This document shows, one piece after another, positions 48,270 to 58,998 of a stretch of 64,000 nt of DNA (position 1 is its first letter; every line of letters begins with the position of its first letter). The position numbers and the translations under genes are program-made. The notes beneath the pieces are model-generated. The model searched no databases. It was not told the origin of the DNA and saw only the letters and a list, made by a program, of their open reading frames with translations. The DNA comes from a virus, in IMG/VR virus record IMGVR_UViG_3300045922_000293, positions 32,001 to 96,000 of that record. One strand, given 5' to 3'.

Positions 48270-48915
48270 TGAGCCTATTTCTATGCGATATGAACATGAA
48301 TTAAGTGCCCTGTTGACAGCTTATCTCACCTCAATGGGGTATTGTGTTCATGGTGAGGTAAGTGTGTTTCATCGCACTTTGACATTTGATCATGTGGCGC
48401 ATCTTGGTCCGTGTGATTGCCCCGAGTATGTGCTCACATTTCAATTGAAGCTAGGATTTACGCAAGACCTTATACGTCAAATGATGCGTGATGATCTTGG
48501 TCATTATGGTGATGCGCATTATATGGTGACGCCTAAGAAGCGCGGCTATACACGCGATCTTTATGCTGCGAAACTTGATCATTCGTGGTATATTAAGCCT
48601 GGCTGGATCGTGATCGGTGAGGAAGCGGATCTGATCGTAGATGCCACTGTGATGAATCCTCACTATGCTCTAAGAAATAAGTACAGGCTGCTTCTCACGG
48701 AGGCGAATAGGGGCATGATTGGGGGTGTCAAGGGCGAGGTGTATGACACTCACTGGAAGCTAGCCTGTAGATATCATCGGGAGTGCTCACAGCATAATCC
48801 GCTTTATTTGCAGAATACACAATCCATGAAGCAAGTGATAGCAAATGCGCCTTCCGCATTGAAGTGTTATAAGAATTTGGCAGCTACACTAAAAAAGGTA
48901 GCAAAATGCAAGTAA
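48259..48915 (+). CDS. Possible PD-(D/E)XK-fold protein
   Basis: EHEL...YL..MGY.V.GEV...FDHVA...FQLKL. The ExK position reads QLK. Confidence 0.4.
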   Translation: MPHNEPISMRYEHELSALLTAYLTSMGYCVHGEVSVFHRTLTFDHVAHLGPCDCPEYVLTFQLKLGFTQDLIRQMMRDDLGHYGDAHYMVTPKKRGYTRDLYAAKLDHSWYIKPGWIVIGEEADLIVDATVMNPHYALRNKYRLLLTEANRGMIGGVKGEVYDTHWKLACRYHRECSQHNPLYLQNTQSMKQVIANAPSALKCYKNLAATLKKVAKCK

Positions 48916-49232
48916 ATGTAGAAAGAATCGTACAAGCTTATTTGAAGAAAGCGAAGGCGCATTGTTTGCGATTGCGCCCTACACCACATTCGGGCGAGGT
49001 CAGAGTTTATTTTGATTATGAGGAGGGTCAGCCTACATGTCAGATAGTAGGTATTCAGGGGAATGATCAAAAGGCGTTTCCGCGTGAGGGGGAGTCCTTT
49101 GACGCGATCAAGCGTTGGGTCCACATGAATCCAAAAGCACAGGTATATCATGCCTCATTAGGATGGCTATCTCGTCCCGATATGAATGCATGGCAGCATC
49201 TTAGGGCTTATTTTTCAGGATCAGAAGAATGA
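48906..49232 (+). CDS. Hypothetical protein, possible internal head protein
   Basis: N-terminal VERIVQAYLKKA motif. Confidence 0.55.
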   Translation: MQVNVERIVQAYLKKAKAHCLRLRPTPHSGEVRVYFDYEEGQPTCQIVGIQGNDQKAFPREGESFDAIKRWVHMNPKAQVYHASLGWLSRPDMNAWQHLRAYFSGSEE

Positions 49233-49801
49233 GACGTGATACAATCACTAAAACGGCTCGCGTGAATGACACAACGGCCCGCGTTTATATTACCTTATAT
49301 GATGATCATCAAGATCCCGCCCTAGACATCTCTGAGCATGACGTCTTTGCCCGGGTATCTAAGAATGGTGATCCTCAAACTTTTGAGACCTTCACGGCAT
49401 TGACATGGGCGGAATTAGACCCACTTGATATACCGGGCGTCTATGTGATCACGCTCCCCGCCCCATGGTTAGATACAGTGGGGACGGTGTTCATTCGTGT
49501 AGACCCCGTCGCCGCCCCGCCCCAAACGGTTCAAGGTGTGGATTTGATTGTCGAGGTGCATCCACTTGACTTGACGGATCTGGATCTCCAGATGAAGCGT
49601 GTCTTGGGATTATGTCAGGAGAATTATAGGGTCACGGGGCAGACATATAATCCTCGCGGTGATTTAATCAGCGCCATCTTGAGTATTTATGAAAATGCGG
49701 CGGATACCACGGCGGATATGAACCCGATTGCAACGTATCGTGTCTCGGCTAGTTATGACGGGACGGGGCGCTTGATTGAGTATGTTGTGACGCGGGATTG
49801 A
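49229..49801 (+). CDS. Putative virion structural protein
   Basis: Beta-rich; heads the baseplate/fibre-like operon. Confidence 0.55.
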   Translation: MRRDTITKTARVNDTTARVYITLYDDHQDPALDISEHDVFARVSKNGDPQTFETFTALTWAELDPLDIPGVYVITLPAPWLDTVGTVFIRVDPVAAPPQTVQGVDLIVEVHPLDLTDLDLQMKRVLGLCQENYRVTGQTYNPRGDLISAILSIYENAADTTADMNPIATYRVSASYDGTGRLIEYVVTRD

Positions 49802-49802
49802 G

Positions 49803-52800
49803 ATGATTCAAAAAGAGCGATTTGAGAAGAGCAAGCTGTTCCGGGGGGAATACGGGGCCTATGTGATGACACGCTTCCCCGGTGAGATTCTTCTCAACGG
49901 GGTCGATCCCATAGCTCTTGTATTTACGGATAAAGCCCCGCTCACGCACCCACGCGCTGGCCTGCTAGCCGTAGCGTCTGATGTGATCGTGACCATAGAT
50001 GGCAATCCCTCCTTGATCTTTGATATCGATCCATTGTTGGGCATCATTTATGTACGCGGTCATATCTTCGCGGGATCAAGCGTACAAGTTGAATATACGA
50101 CGACACCTCATATCATTACACCTATCACGGGGATGAATGATCCGAATTATCTTCTGAATCAATTTAAAAATGATTATGCACATCCATTTACCTATTCAAG
50201 TGTCTTAGCCCCTTTTACCCCCCCTCCACAAGCCCTCACACGCGGGCATCGTTATAGGGCTTTTGAACGGGCTTATTCTTCTTTTACAAATGATCCTACA
50301 TCTATGGTGTTGAATGAAGACAACAACAAGGCATTTGTCAATGAGGCCCTTGCGAACTTCACTCCTCAAGAGATAGGATTTGAATCCGCATCTCAATCCC
50401 CACCGCGGGACTTTGAGCATATTGGACCCTCATTAGGGGTGTTCTTACCTCAGGGGGGATATCGTCTTGAGGACCTTCAAAGGTCAGATGACCTTATAGG
50501 CGCTGATCCTAACTTCTTTAGGAAGGCTGTGGATCTTCCCGACCAATACAGGGCTTTGGTCAATGCACGCCTCCGTGTGGATAGCTATACGGCGGAGAAT
50601 GATTGGACGGGTGCAGCTTTTGGATATGCGGATGGCGGCAGGCTTTATTTTGTAGCTTTTCTTGATATTTCAGGATTCCGTACTGTGGCGCTTTTACGTT
50701 ATGCGGGTGATGAATCACGTGCCACAAGTTATAGGGGTATGTCCGCCGTGGTAGAAGATCGCGGATTAGGGGCTAATCTTCTCGTGTGGCATGGCCCGCC
50801 GCCTTTTTTAGAAGGTACAAGACTTCTCTTTGATCATACCATGATTCGAGCGGCTGATGTGATTATTCAAGATCCTTTACAGCCTTCACAGTTTCTTATT
50901 GAGTTAAGTGGCCCACTACCGATGGCCGCATCTTATGATGTCATGATTGAGCAAGATTATAGTAAAGATCAAACTTATAGGCTTACACTAGATCAGAATA
51001 GGATCGCCCTGTTTAGGTCCGCTTTTCCTTCCCCGTTGATGACTTTGGATCGTGATGAGGCCGCCGTAGCCCCACAAGTTTACGGCGCACTTGTTCGCCC
51101 GCAGGAAGTTTTCTGGGGTGCGTTATCGCGACGTGCAAGCACTGTGATCACGGTTTCTTTTTTGCGGTATAATTATATCCCTCTTATCACGCAGGACATA
51201 TCCTTCAGGGAGCAGGTGCGCTATAACGCAGATGTGTTACCTGATCTTGCGGGATTTACCCCCGCCGTGCGTCATGGCGCGCCTTCATTGATAGGGCATA
51301 CACTTCATCTACAGACCACGGGTCGTATAGATTCTCAAGGTATTGTGTATGATCGTGATGAGCCTTTTTTATCAGATCAGACCGCGATTCAGGTGATCTT
51401 CAGGGCGCGGGTGCAAAGCATGATCGTAGGGCAGCCCTTTACCCTTGTCTGTGCGGATGGCGTAAGAGAATTGACCCTCACAATCCTGAACAGTTATGCA
51501 CAAGATGCGGTGATCAAAGCCGAAGAGACCTTATTGACATCGGGCCTTGAATTTCTACCCCCGAATCACATTGTGAATGCAGAGGCACTTTTTGAATCCG
51601 CTCAACATTTTGCACATGTGCTTTCAGGGGTAACATTTCCTGAAAATGAGGCATGGCAATCTAATTTCACCGATCCTTTTCAATTTGAAGATCGAGCTAT
51701 TCTATTTGATCATAATGGCCTTCAAACGAATCAAATATCGAAATCTGCAAACATTGCATCAAATCATTGGGTATGTGTTCACAGGATCAGTGTTGTTGAA
51801 GGCTACGAGGTCAATTCGTCCAATGCATTCGCTATTCCTGTTTATTGGGGTCTTGAAGATGGCACGATTTCAGCGTTTTTGACCTTTACTGACAATGGTA
51901 CAAAATATGTGGCCGTATGTGATCACAATGGTCAAGTGGTGATCACGACGGGGATGGGACGCTTGCAATTTGCGTTCGATTGGCAGACGGATACGTTTTA
52001 TACCGTAAGGCTCTTGAGAAATGCGGGATTTTTGACCCTGAGCATTGATGGTGCGGTCCTAGCTGTGATCCCGATCACCGATCTTGCTGCTTCCCCTGGC
52101 TCTACCGTGATGACACGCTTGGTCTTGTTACAAGGGCATCGTGTTCTCGTCAAGACGGAAGGCTTCTTCGCACATAGTACAGATATGAGTGTCACCGATC
52201 GCCGTGTAGGTATTTATAGGGGTGGGCATAGACTTTTAGCATCTTCTTACACAACTGCATCTGTATCCCCGTCATGGTTTGGTAATTTTGTTGAGTTGAA
52301 GGTCTTCCGCGATCCAAAGCAGGATATTGTTCAGGTATTCGCGGATGATGTCTTAATTCTTGATATGCCTTACACCATGCTTCCGGAACAGACATCTTTA
52401 GATCAATTGAGTGTTTCAAATAGGTCTTTTGTGTCTTTTGGGTCGTTTGACGGCAGGTCTCTTGCAAATGTGAGTTTAGATTATCTTAGGTATGACATCC
52501 GATCAAGTTTCACACGAAACCGCACATTACCTCGATCGGCGCTCAATACAGCTCATGTGATCACATCCCCTGAACCTTTACAAGATACAGAGGCATCACA
52601 GGCGGTCATTGTATCTGATACGAAGTTTCGTGTCAGGATTTCGCAAATCGATCGCAATCCCATCATCATTATCAGTGTCACATCCCTAGACGGCGGAGTG
52701 ATGTACCCCTTTGCATGGTCTCTGGGGAATCGTCATATCATGATTTTAGGTGCGGGTTTGCCTTCAGATCGGACCCCCGTGATAGTGACATTCTTGGAAG

Positions 52801-53462
52801 GCCCCGTATGGACAGAAGCCTACCTGAGATCACGACCTGCGAACACACGGCTATTAGGAGATACGCCTATTGTCCCACTATCCCAGCAGGCATTGCTTGT
52901 ACGTAGTACGGAACCTTCCGAGCCCCTTGAGGCCAGCCCCACTACAGACATCACGGATCTGCTCTTCAACCAATCGCGGGTTTTGACGGATGGTGTCCAT
53001 ACAATCACGTTCAGTATTGTGTCCCCCGGCAATTATCACAGACCTTATTACACGGGTCTTGAGGTGTATACGGATAGCTGCGGATCAGATGATGTGCCCC
53101 TAAGCCCCGCATGTGATCACTTTACACAGATTTCTTTAGATACCCCGTATGAAGACACTTATAGGATCCCTCTACAAGGGGATCCTACATTACCTTTCCC
53201 TTTCCTTTTGACATCTTCGCTATTAACAGATCAGGGTTTTGTGCTGATGCCGTATGCGCCTTACCCCATAAGTCTGACCCTAGCGTGGGGTTTGGATGAT
53301 GCGACGTTACCCCTAGACGATAGATGGTCGGGTGCGTTGGAAGACTTCGCGGGGTCATCCTTACTGACCTTTGTGGGGTCTACTCTGACCACATCGGGTG
53401 CGGGGACGACCGTCTTCACCCTGACCACACCTCCTCTATCTGTGGTGACGCCGCTGTCCTGA
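49803..53462 (+). CDS. Large putative baseplate/tail protein with lectin-like beta-sandwich regions
   Basis: 1219 aa. N-terminal module shared with the sheath and neck proteins; ConA-like beta patterns. Confidence 0.55.
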   Translation: MIQKERFEKSKLFRGEYGAYVMTRFPGEILLNGVDPIALVFTDKAPLTHPRAGLLAVASDVIVTIDGNPSLIFDIDPLLGIIYVRGHIFAGSSVQVEYTTTPHIITPITGMNDPNYLLNQFKNDYAHPFTYSSVLAPFTPPPQALTRGHRYRAFERAYSSFTNDPTSMVLNEDNNKAFVNEALANFTPQEIGFESASQSPPRDFEHIGPSLGVFLPQGGYRLEDLQRSDDLIGADPNFFRKAVDLPDQYRALVNARLRVDSYTAENDWTGAAFGYADGGRLYFVAFLDISGFRTVALLRYAGDESRATSYRGMSAVVEDRGLGANLLVWHGPPPFLEGTRLLFDHTMIRAADVIIQDPLQPSQFLIELSGPLPMAASYDVMIEQDYSKDQTYRLTLDQNRIALFRSAFPSPLMTLDRDEAAVAPQVYGALVRPQEVFWGALSRRASTVITVSFLRYNYIPLITQDISFREQVRYNADVLPDLAGFTPAVRHGAPSLIGHTLHLQTTGRIDSQGIVYDRDEPFLSDQTAIQVIFRARVQSMIVGQPFTLVCADGVRELTLTILNSYAQDAVIKAEETLLTSGLEFLPPNHIVNAEALFESAQHFAHVLSGVTFPENEAWQSNFTDPFQFEDRAILFDHNGLQTNQISKSANIASNHWVCVHRISVVEGYEVNSSNAFAIPVYWGLEDGTISAFLTFTDNGTKYVAVCDHNGQVVITTGMGRLQFAFDWQTDTFYTVRLLRNAGFLTLSIDGAVLAVIPITDLAASPGSTVMTRLVLLQGHRVLVKTEGFFAHSTDMSVTDRRVGIYRGGHRLLASSYTTASVSPSWFGNFVELKVFRDPKQDIVQVFADDVLILDMPYTMLPEQTSLDQLSVSNRSFVSFGSFDGRSLANVSLDYLRYDIRSSFTRNRTLPRSALNTAHVITSPEPLQDTEASQAVIVSDTKFRVRISQIDRNPIIIISVTSLDGGVMYPFAWSLGNRHIMILGAGLPSDRTPVIVTFLEGPVWTEAYLRSRPANTRLLGDTPIVPLSQQALLVRSTEPSEPLEASPTTDITDLLFNQSRVLTDGVHTITFSIVSPGNYHRPYYTGLEVYTDSCGSDDVPLSPACDHFTQISLDTPYEDTYRIPLQGDPTLPFPFLLTSSLLTDQGFVLMPYAPYPISLTLAWGLDDATLPLDDRWSGALEDFAGSSLLTFVGSTLTTSGAGTTVFTLTTPPLSVVTPLS

Positions 53463-53798
53463 TTCGCGAACCTGTAGCGATCGTTGAAGTGCTGAGGGGG
53501 TTCGCGGAAACGGAACCATTGGGGCTCTTTAGGGGATTTTATGTTGTGTTGTCGTGAGTGTTGTAGTAGGGTGGTTAGCGGTCGGACCTTAGTCCTACCA
53601 CATACCAAGTGCCCCCTAAGAGGATGAGGGCATCCTCCACCTTAAGGTGGAGAATCGGAAAGACACATCGCTGCTCACGGGTCTGATCTCCTCCTTATGA
53701 TGGAGGATCGGATAGAAATGATCGGCGCGGACATGAAAAAATGTCTTAATATCTTGATCCTACATAGGCCCCCTTTTGGAGAGCCTATGTAGGATCAA
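53463..53798. other. Highly structured intergenic region
   Basis: Several stems, an 18-bp perfect palindrome at 53635-53652, and a perfect 16-bp stem at 53754-53769/53783-53798. Confidence 0.6.
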
Positions 53799-53810
53799 AA
53801 GAAATAGAGA

Positions 53811-54473
53811 ATGGATATGCCCAAGAATATCTTAACGTCTAAGCTCTGCGCTTATGTGGCGTCGGCACGCAGCGCAATGGGCCTCACTCATTATGACGAT
53901 GTACCTACCCCCCGTATGCGAGGCGATATTTTTTTCCGCATGATTGATACATCTACTGGTGAGGTGTTGTGTGATCACGCGATTCGTAACATCATCACGC
54001 GCGACATGTCCATTCTTGTGGCTCGATTGCTCAGATCAAATGGAGAGCCTTCACGTGGGTTGTCTATGCTCGCTGTGGGTACGGGCGATATAGGTTGGAA
54101 CCCTATGGCCCCTCCCGTAGAGACAAACACGCAGAGATCTCTCTACAATGAGATCGCGCGTAAGCCCTTTGCGATGACAACTTTTGTGGATGCAGGGGGG
54201 AATCCGACGCTTATTCCCACAAATGTGATTGATCTGACTACCACATTCTCCGAAGCGGAGGCTGTTGGGCCGCTTGTTGAGATGGGATTGTTGGGCGGGG
54301 ATGCGGACCCGATGAATATTGCATTGACAAATCCAATCCTTCCTCCTAACGGACCTTATGATCCGGCTGAGAATGTGGTGGGTAAGGATATGTTGTGTAA
54401 TTATAAAACATTTCCTGTGATTAACAAGCCCGCCACGGCTACATTGACAATTACTTGGCGCATTACGACTTAA
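53811..54473 (+). CDS. Baseplate/tail-collar-type protein
   Basis: NIIT...LAVGTG...L.NEIARK...F.EAEAVGPLVEMGL.GG...FPVINK....LTITWRI. Confidence 0.7.
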   Translation: MDMPKNILTSKLCAYVASARSAMGLTHYDDVPTPRMRGDIFFRMIDTSTGEVLCDHAIRNIITRDMSILVARLLRSNGEPSRGLSMLAVGTGDIGWNPMAPPVETNTQRSLYNEIARKPFAMTTFVDAGGNPTLIPTNVIDLTTTFSEAEAVGPLVEMGLLGGDADPMNIALTNPILPPNGPYDPAENVVGKDMLCNYKTFPVINKPATATLTITWRITT

Positions 54474-54485
54474 TGGATTAAGCAC

Positions 54486-57029
54486 ATGGCTGATTACGGA
54501 CCTCATATTAGCGCCTATCTTGATCCAACAGGGCGTAACTTTGATCTGATCGTGTACCAGCAAGTCCGCCCGTTGGCGGAATCCGAGCTGAACACGTCTC
54601 AAGACGCTTATCAAGATAAATTGCGCAAGATCTTGACGGTGTCTACGCCATCAGGTTTTTTGACGGGTGACTTTCTTCAACCTGAAGTGTTGGATTATGT
54701 GTTTGACCTGACTCCAAACACATTCAGGCTAGTCAACCGCCCTATTGTACATGTCAACGGGTGGGTGATGCCGATTGAATTTACAGGCACCTCAACATCG
54801 GGGGAGAATGTCATTACCTTACCCGCACCCCCGGCGGGGGCTACGGATGTGGGTGCGGATTTTGTGTTTCTTGAGGTCTGGCGAGCTTTGGTGAGTCCTA
54901 CACCAAGCATGATCAATAAGCCTAATGCAAATGAAATCTATCCGAATGGTAATATTCTAGCGGATGCGGGGACGTATCTACCTGACGATTTAATCAATCC
55001 CGTCTTGGCGCTGGAATCTACACGGCGAGTACAGATACAATATCGTATTCGATCCGTGCGCCTGTCAACGCGACAAGAGAGAATTGGGTACCCCGATTCT
55101 AATGTCACTTCACAAGGCCCGCAGGCTGCCCCCGGTGTAGACGCTTATGCCCCCGTAGCTACGGATAGTGGTCTTTGGGTCAGTGGTTCAGGTGTAGCGG
55201 GGGATTTAGGTACGGTGGACGGGGTGATTTATAGCATCCCAATCGCGATCGTGTTCAGGCGCAACACGAGCCCATGGGATTATTTGTCAAACGGGAATGG
55301 AGGTAGCCTGATCCTGAGTGGTGTGTCAGACAGGCCCGATGGGTATTATGCGGATCAGGTTGTCTTAGAAGACGTGCTTGATTTACGTCATGCTGTCAGC
55401 TTTACGGGCGTATCTCACGAACATGTTTTGAATCATAGCGCCGCTTTGCTCATGGATCAAAACCTTCGGCAATGGGTGACGGACAGCAATCAGACGGGAT
55501 GGTATTCGGCGGGCGATCATGTAGGCAATCGTTATTATAAAGGTGATGATCTTGTGCCATCCACGCCTGTCACGGACCCACCTAGCGGAAATACGTTCGG
55601 ATCTGTTGACGGGCTCAGGGAGCGTTATACGGATCGACCCCATATCCAGACACACACAAGACGCTTTGGAGCCCCTGTAGGAGGGTGGACTGTGGGGGAT
55701 GTGATCACATTTGATCTCTTGGCCCTAAGTCCTTTAGGCGCCCCGCTAGCGGATGAGCAGCCGACAGGGACGGTGATCAGGGATGTCACTAGATTGACGC
55801 TTAATGATAGCGCGGCGGGGGTGGGAAGCCCACCGTTCCCTCCTCAAGTCATCTTAGGTTTGCAGACACAGACGGTCACGATTACTATGGGCACAAGCCC
55901 CGTTCCGAATAGTCTTGAAGATCTATGGATTGATTTTGAGCTTGAATACCCTTCGGGGTCAGGTCTTACAAGTCATGTCACCCAAGAGATGACAAATTTT
56001 GATATTCTTGTTCATGCTCCTTCTAATTTAAGCACAGCGATTGGTGTAGCCCTCACGGATGATGCTGCGGGCCGAGCACTTGTGCGCAATTATCTCTTTA
56101 CTGAATATGAGGCCGCGCATCGCGAAGTGGTGTTGTATCATACAACCGATAGCGCCGTGACAGATCAGATCCGCGCTACAGATGCCTTGACCCTCCGTTT
56201 ATCTGAGCCTGTGCATCAAGGGTTAGCTGGTGTGGTCAGTGTGGTGGATAGTTTATTGACGCCTCATCTTGTTGCGGGTGTAGATATTCAATCACGCACG
56301 ATCTTTCTCGACCCGCTTGATCCCCTCCCCTCCCCTGATGATTTAGTGACGGTGACCTATTTTCCGCAACGCGCACTCCCCATCACCTCAACGCCTGTGA
56401 CGTTGTATTATAGGACGGCTGCATTGCAGGCGATTCCAGCGGAATATCTACCTGTCACGCTGATTGTGAATCCTGTTGCTGTGAGTAAGCAGCTTTATGT
56501 CGCGACAGCAAGCTCAGGTTCCGCACTCACGCCTTACCCCTATGAGAGCCCCTCCAATCAGCTCCCAAATCATGCCCAAGCTTCCTCATGGATCGGTGAG
56601 GAGGTGTTGAGATCCCCCGCCCCAATTTCAATCGATGATTTTAGTGTGGATTCCGGTTTCTTGGAATTGCCCGCCTTGGTGCCTTTTGCACAGGGTGTGT
56701 CATGGATTTTTGACAACCCTGTGAATATTACCATTGAGGATCAAGAATTCGTGGACCATTATAGGACAGCCCCTTTGTTGAGTTATAAGCCCAGCGCGAT
56801 CGCACAAGGCTTGAGCGCACATACCCCACACAAGGTATTCGCTTTTGTCCTTGCACACCTGTTGCAAGATACGCTATTCGCCCGGCGTGGTGAGCTTATC
56901 ATGCTCGGGATAGCACAGGTGCATCAAGGAAATAAAGAAAATCGCTTGGCCTTATCTGACAATACGGCTGATGGCGCTGCCGCTGTATCGATTTACCGTG
57001 TGAAGGGTGCTTGGAGGACGAATGCCTAG
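54486..57029 (+). CDS. Putative baseplate/tail fibre-attachment protein
   Basis: YQQVRPL.ESELN..Q, DFVFLEVWR, ESTRRVQIQYRIR, IPIAIVFRRN, RPDG. Confidence 0.65.
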   Translation: MADYGPHISAYLDPTGRNFDLIVYQQVRPLAESELNTSQDAYQDKLRKILTVSTPSGFLTGDFLQPEVLDYVFDLTPNTFRLVNRPIVHVNGWVMPIEFTGTSTSGENVITLPAPPAGATDVGADFVFLEVWRALVSPTPSMINKPNANEIYPNGNILADAGTYLPDDLINPVLALESTRRVQIQYRIRSVRLSTRQERIGYPDSNVTSQGPQAAPGVDAYAPVATDSGLWVSGSGVAGDLGTVDGVIYSIPIAIVFRRNTSPWDYLSNGNGGSLILSGVSDRPDGYYADQVVLEDVLDLRHAVSFTGVSHEHVLNHSAALLMDQNLRQWVTDSNQTGWYSAGDHVGNRYYKGDDLVPSTPVTDPPSGNTFGSVDGLRERYTDRPHIQTHTRRFGAPVGGWTVGDVITFDLLALSPLGAPLADEQPTGTVIRDVTRLTLNDSAAGVGSPPFPPQVILGLQTQTVTITMGTSPVPNSLEDLWIDFELEYPSGSGLTSHVTQEMTNFDILVHAPSNLSTAIGVALTDDAAGRALVRNYLFTEYEAAHREVVLYHTTDSAVTDQIRATDALTLRLSEPVHQGLAGVVSVVDSLLTPHLVAGVDIQSRTIFLDPLDPLPSPDDLVTVTYFPQRALPITSTPVTLYYRTAALQAIPAEYLPVTLIVNPVAVSKQLYVATASSGSALTPYPYESPSNQLPNHAQASSWIGEEVLRSPAPISIDDFSVDSGFLELPALVPFAQGVSWIFDNPVNITIEDQEFVDHYRTAPLLSYKPSAIAQGLSAHTPHKVFAFVLAHLLQDTLFARRGELIMLGIAQVHQGNKENRLALSDNTADGAAAVSIYRVKGAWRTNA

Positions 57030-58998
57030 AATGAAGAATCCGAATGATCTGCTTGTAGGATCGGGACAGGCGGCTCAGGGGAGTGTCTCGACGAGTGCGT
57101 TGGTTACGGTTGATTTCGCGGCTCGTCCCCCTGTGAGCGTCAATGCGGATGCTATTCCTGTTGACACACCTTTGGCCATTTCGGGTAGTAATGTTCAATT
57201 ACATGTTGATGGGGTCAGCGGATTAGCCCCGCGCCCGCTCCCGTTGACTTTGGGGCAAGTGTATCAAGTGGATCCTGAAGTGGGGTTTGTTCCCACCCCC
57301 TCACTCGGATCTCCCGCGGGGTCAAATATCTTGTGCCTAGTGTTTCCTAGTGCATCGTTTCAATACCTCAATGTAGGCTTTCCCGCCGATCGGGGCGTGC
57401 TCGCGGTGGAGTTTGACCCAACGTTAACGGGCCTGAATTATCAGGCCGTGAGCGCCCTGGACATGACCAAAGTGTTTGTAGAGGGGTCACCGGATGATGA
57501 CGTGACAGCACCTTCACGGCGTGTGGGGCAGCTCGATTATATCGCGGGGTCAGACCCCGCTGCAAGCGTCGGGGTATTACCTCAAAACGTCACTTTACGT
57601 GATCGTTTACCTCGTCTTGATGATTATACACGCTCAAATTTTCCGTTTCTCAATCCGGTGGGGGATGACCCCGTTTACCCCGCGTTTCATGAAGATTTCA
57701 CAGGTCAATATCTCTCTAAATTTGAGATTACGGTCAATCTTTCCGTGGGTCAAAATGGATTGATGCGTTTTGTGCATTATAAATCCCGTGTAGATTTTCA
57801 AGCGGGTCAAGCGGGGGATCCATTCGCATCGTGGTCAATTGTTGACACGACATTCGCTCCCTTAAATATTAGTATTTTCTTTGATAATAGTGTCATCCCT
57901 GTAGGGATTACTTCCTACACTTTGGACGCGAATAATCTTGTGGACTCGAATGAGATTGGGCCCTCAAGGCGATTTTTGAGTGGCGTTTTGTACTACTCCC
58001 CCGTAGATACGTTCACGCTCACATGGGGCGCGACAGGGATGTATGCGAATAGTTATGCACTTGAAGGTGCAGCCCTCCCGCGTGGTCCCCTTGATACAGC
58101 GGATGAGTCCTTATTTGGTTTTAGCTCTTATAGCCCCCCTGTACCCAACATTGCGGACGTATCCACATTCAATGACCCTTTATTTACCTTCGCGGTGGGG
58201 GGTGTTCGTGCTGCAAGACCTCTGCTAAGGGTGTTTAAACCTAATGGTTCCCAGAACACACAACCCTACCCCGCCCTTCATCCTACTCTTTTGGTGCATG
58301 AGGCTAACTTTTTGACGATCCATGCTCAAGAAGAGAATTTTAGACACGAACGATCACGATACCCCTTTACAGGTAACGCCATCCTTGCTTATGATCCTTC
58401 AGGGACAACGAGTACGTGGGATGCTACGGCGTCTATTGTGGGCTCACAAGAGCTTCAGGTGCGGGGTGTGGATGTGGTGACACGTCCGTATTTAGGCTTA
58501 GGTGGTGGTGAGCTAGTCTTCCCCGTGACGGATTATAGCACGGGGCATGTGCCCCAAACATTTGACGGTGTGACGCCACAGCGGGATTATAGTGTGGTGC
58601 CTGGCTTCCCTTTCTTGGTGTTTGTGCGTGCTTTCGATGTGGGAGGGCCCCGCCGCGAAGGGCGTATTCAAATCGACGGGACTTTTGATACGGGTCTTCA
58701 TGCGACCCTTGCTGCCATGCTTCTTGAGCCCAACACCTCTGGGGTCGATATTGAGCTAGCGGCCACAGGCGCCCAAGGAGTCTTTTTCAGCTCTGTGTTA
58801 AGACCCGTGGGGCAGGGTGGAATCCTTACAGGAGTTGAAATAGTCAGTGAGACGAGTGTCATCTTGGACTATCTGTTACCTCATACGCCTAATTTTCAGT
58901 TTAATGCTTGGCCCGTTACGTGTCAGGTAAAGATTCAGACGGGGTCACAAGCATCTCTAGCGCCTTTTGGACTTCAACGAATTCGGATTGTAGTATGA
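57007..58998 (+). CDS. Putative tail/baseplate structural protein (likely start 57022)
   Basis: Overlap-coupled, beta-rich, in the tail operon. Confidence 0.55.
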   Translation: MLGGRMPRMKNPNDLLVGSGQAAQGSVSTSALVTVDFAARPPVSVNADAIPVDTPLAISGSNVQLHVDGVSGLAPRPLPLTLGQVYQVDPEVGFVPTPSLGSPAGSNILCLVFPSASFQYLNVGFPADRGVLAVEFDPTLTGLNYQAVSALDMTKVFVEGSPDDDVTAPSRRVGQLDYIAGSDPAASVGVLPQNVTLRDRLPRLDDYTRSNFPFLNPVGDDPVYPAFHEDFTGQYLSKFEITVNLSVGQNGLMRFVHYKSRVDFQAGQAGDPFASWSIVDTTFAPLNISIFFDNSVIPVGITSYTLDANNLVDSNEIGPSRRFLSGVLYYSPVDTFTLTWGATGMYANSYALEGAALPRGPLDTADESLFGFSSYSPPVPNIADVSTFNDPLFTFAVGGVRAARPLLRVFKPNGSQNTQPYPALHPTLLVHEANFLTIHAQEENFRHERSRYPFTGNAILAYDPSGTTSTWDATASIVGSQELQVRGVDVVTRPYLGLGGGELVFPVTDYSTGHVPQTFDGVTPQRDYSVVPGFPFLVFVRAFDVGGPRREGRIQIDGTFDTGLHATLAAMLLEPNTSGVDIELAATGAQGVFFSSVLRPVGQGGILTGVEIVSETSVILDYLLPHTPNFQFNAWPVTCQVKIQTGSQASLAPFGLQRIRIVV

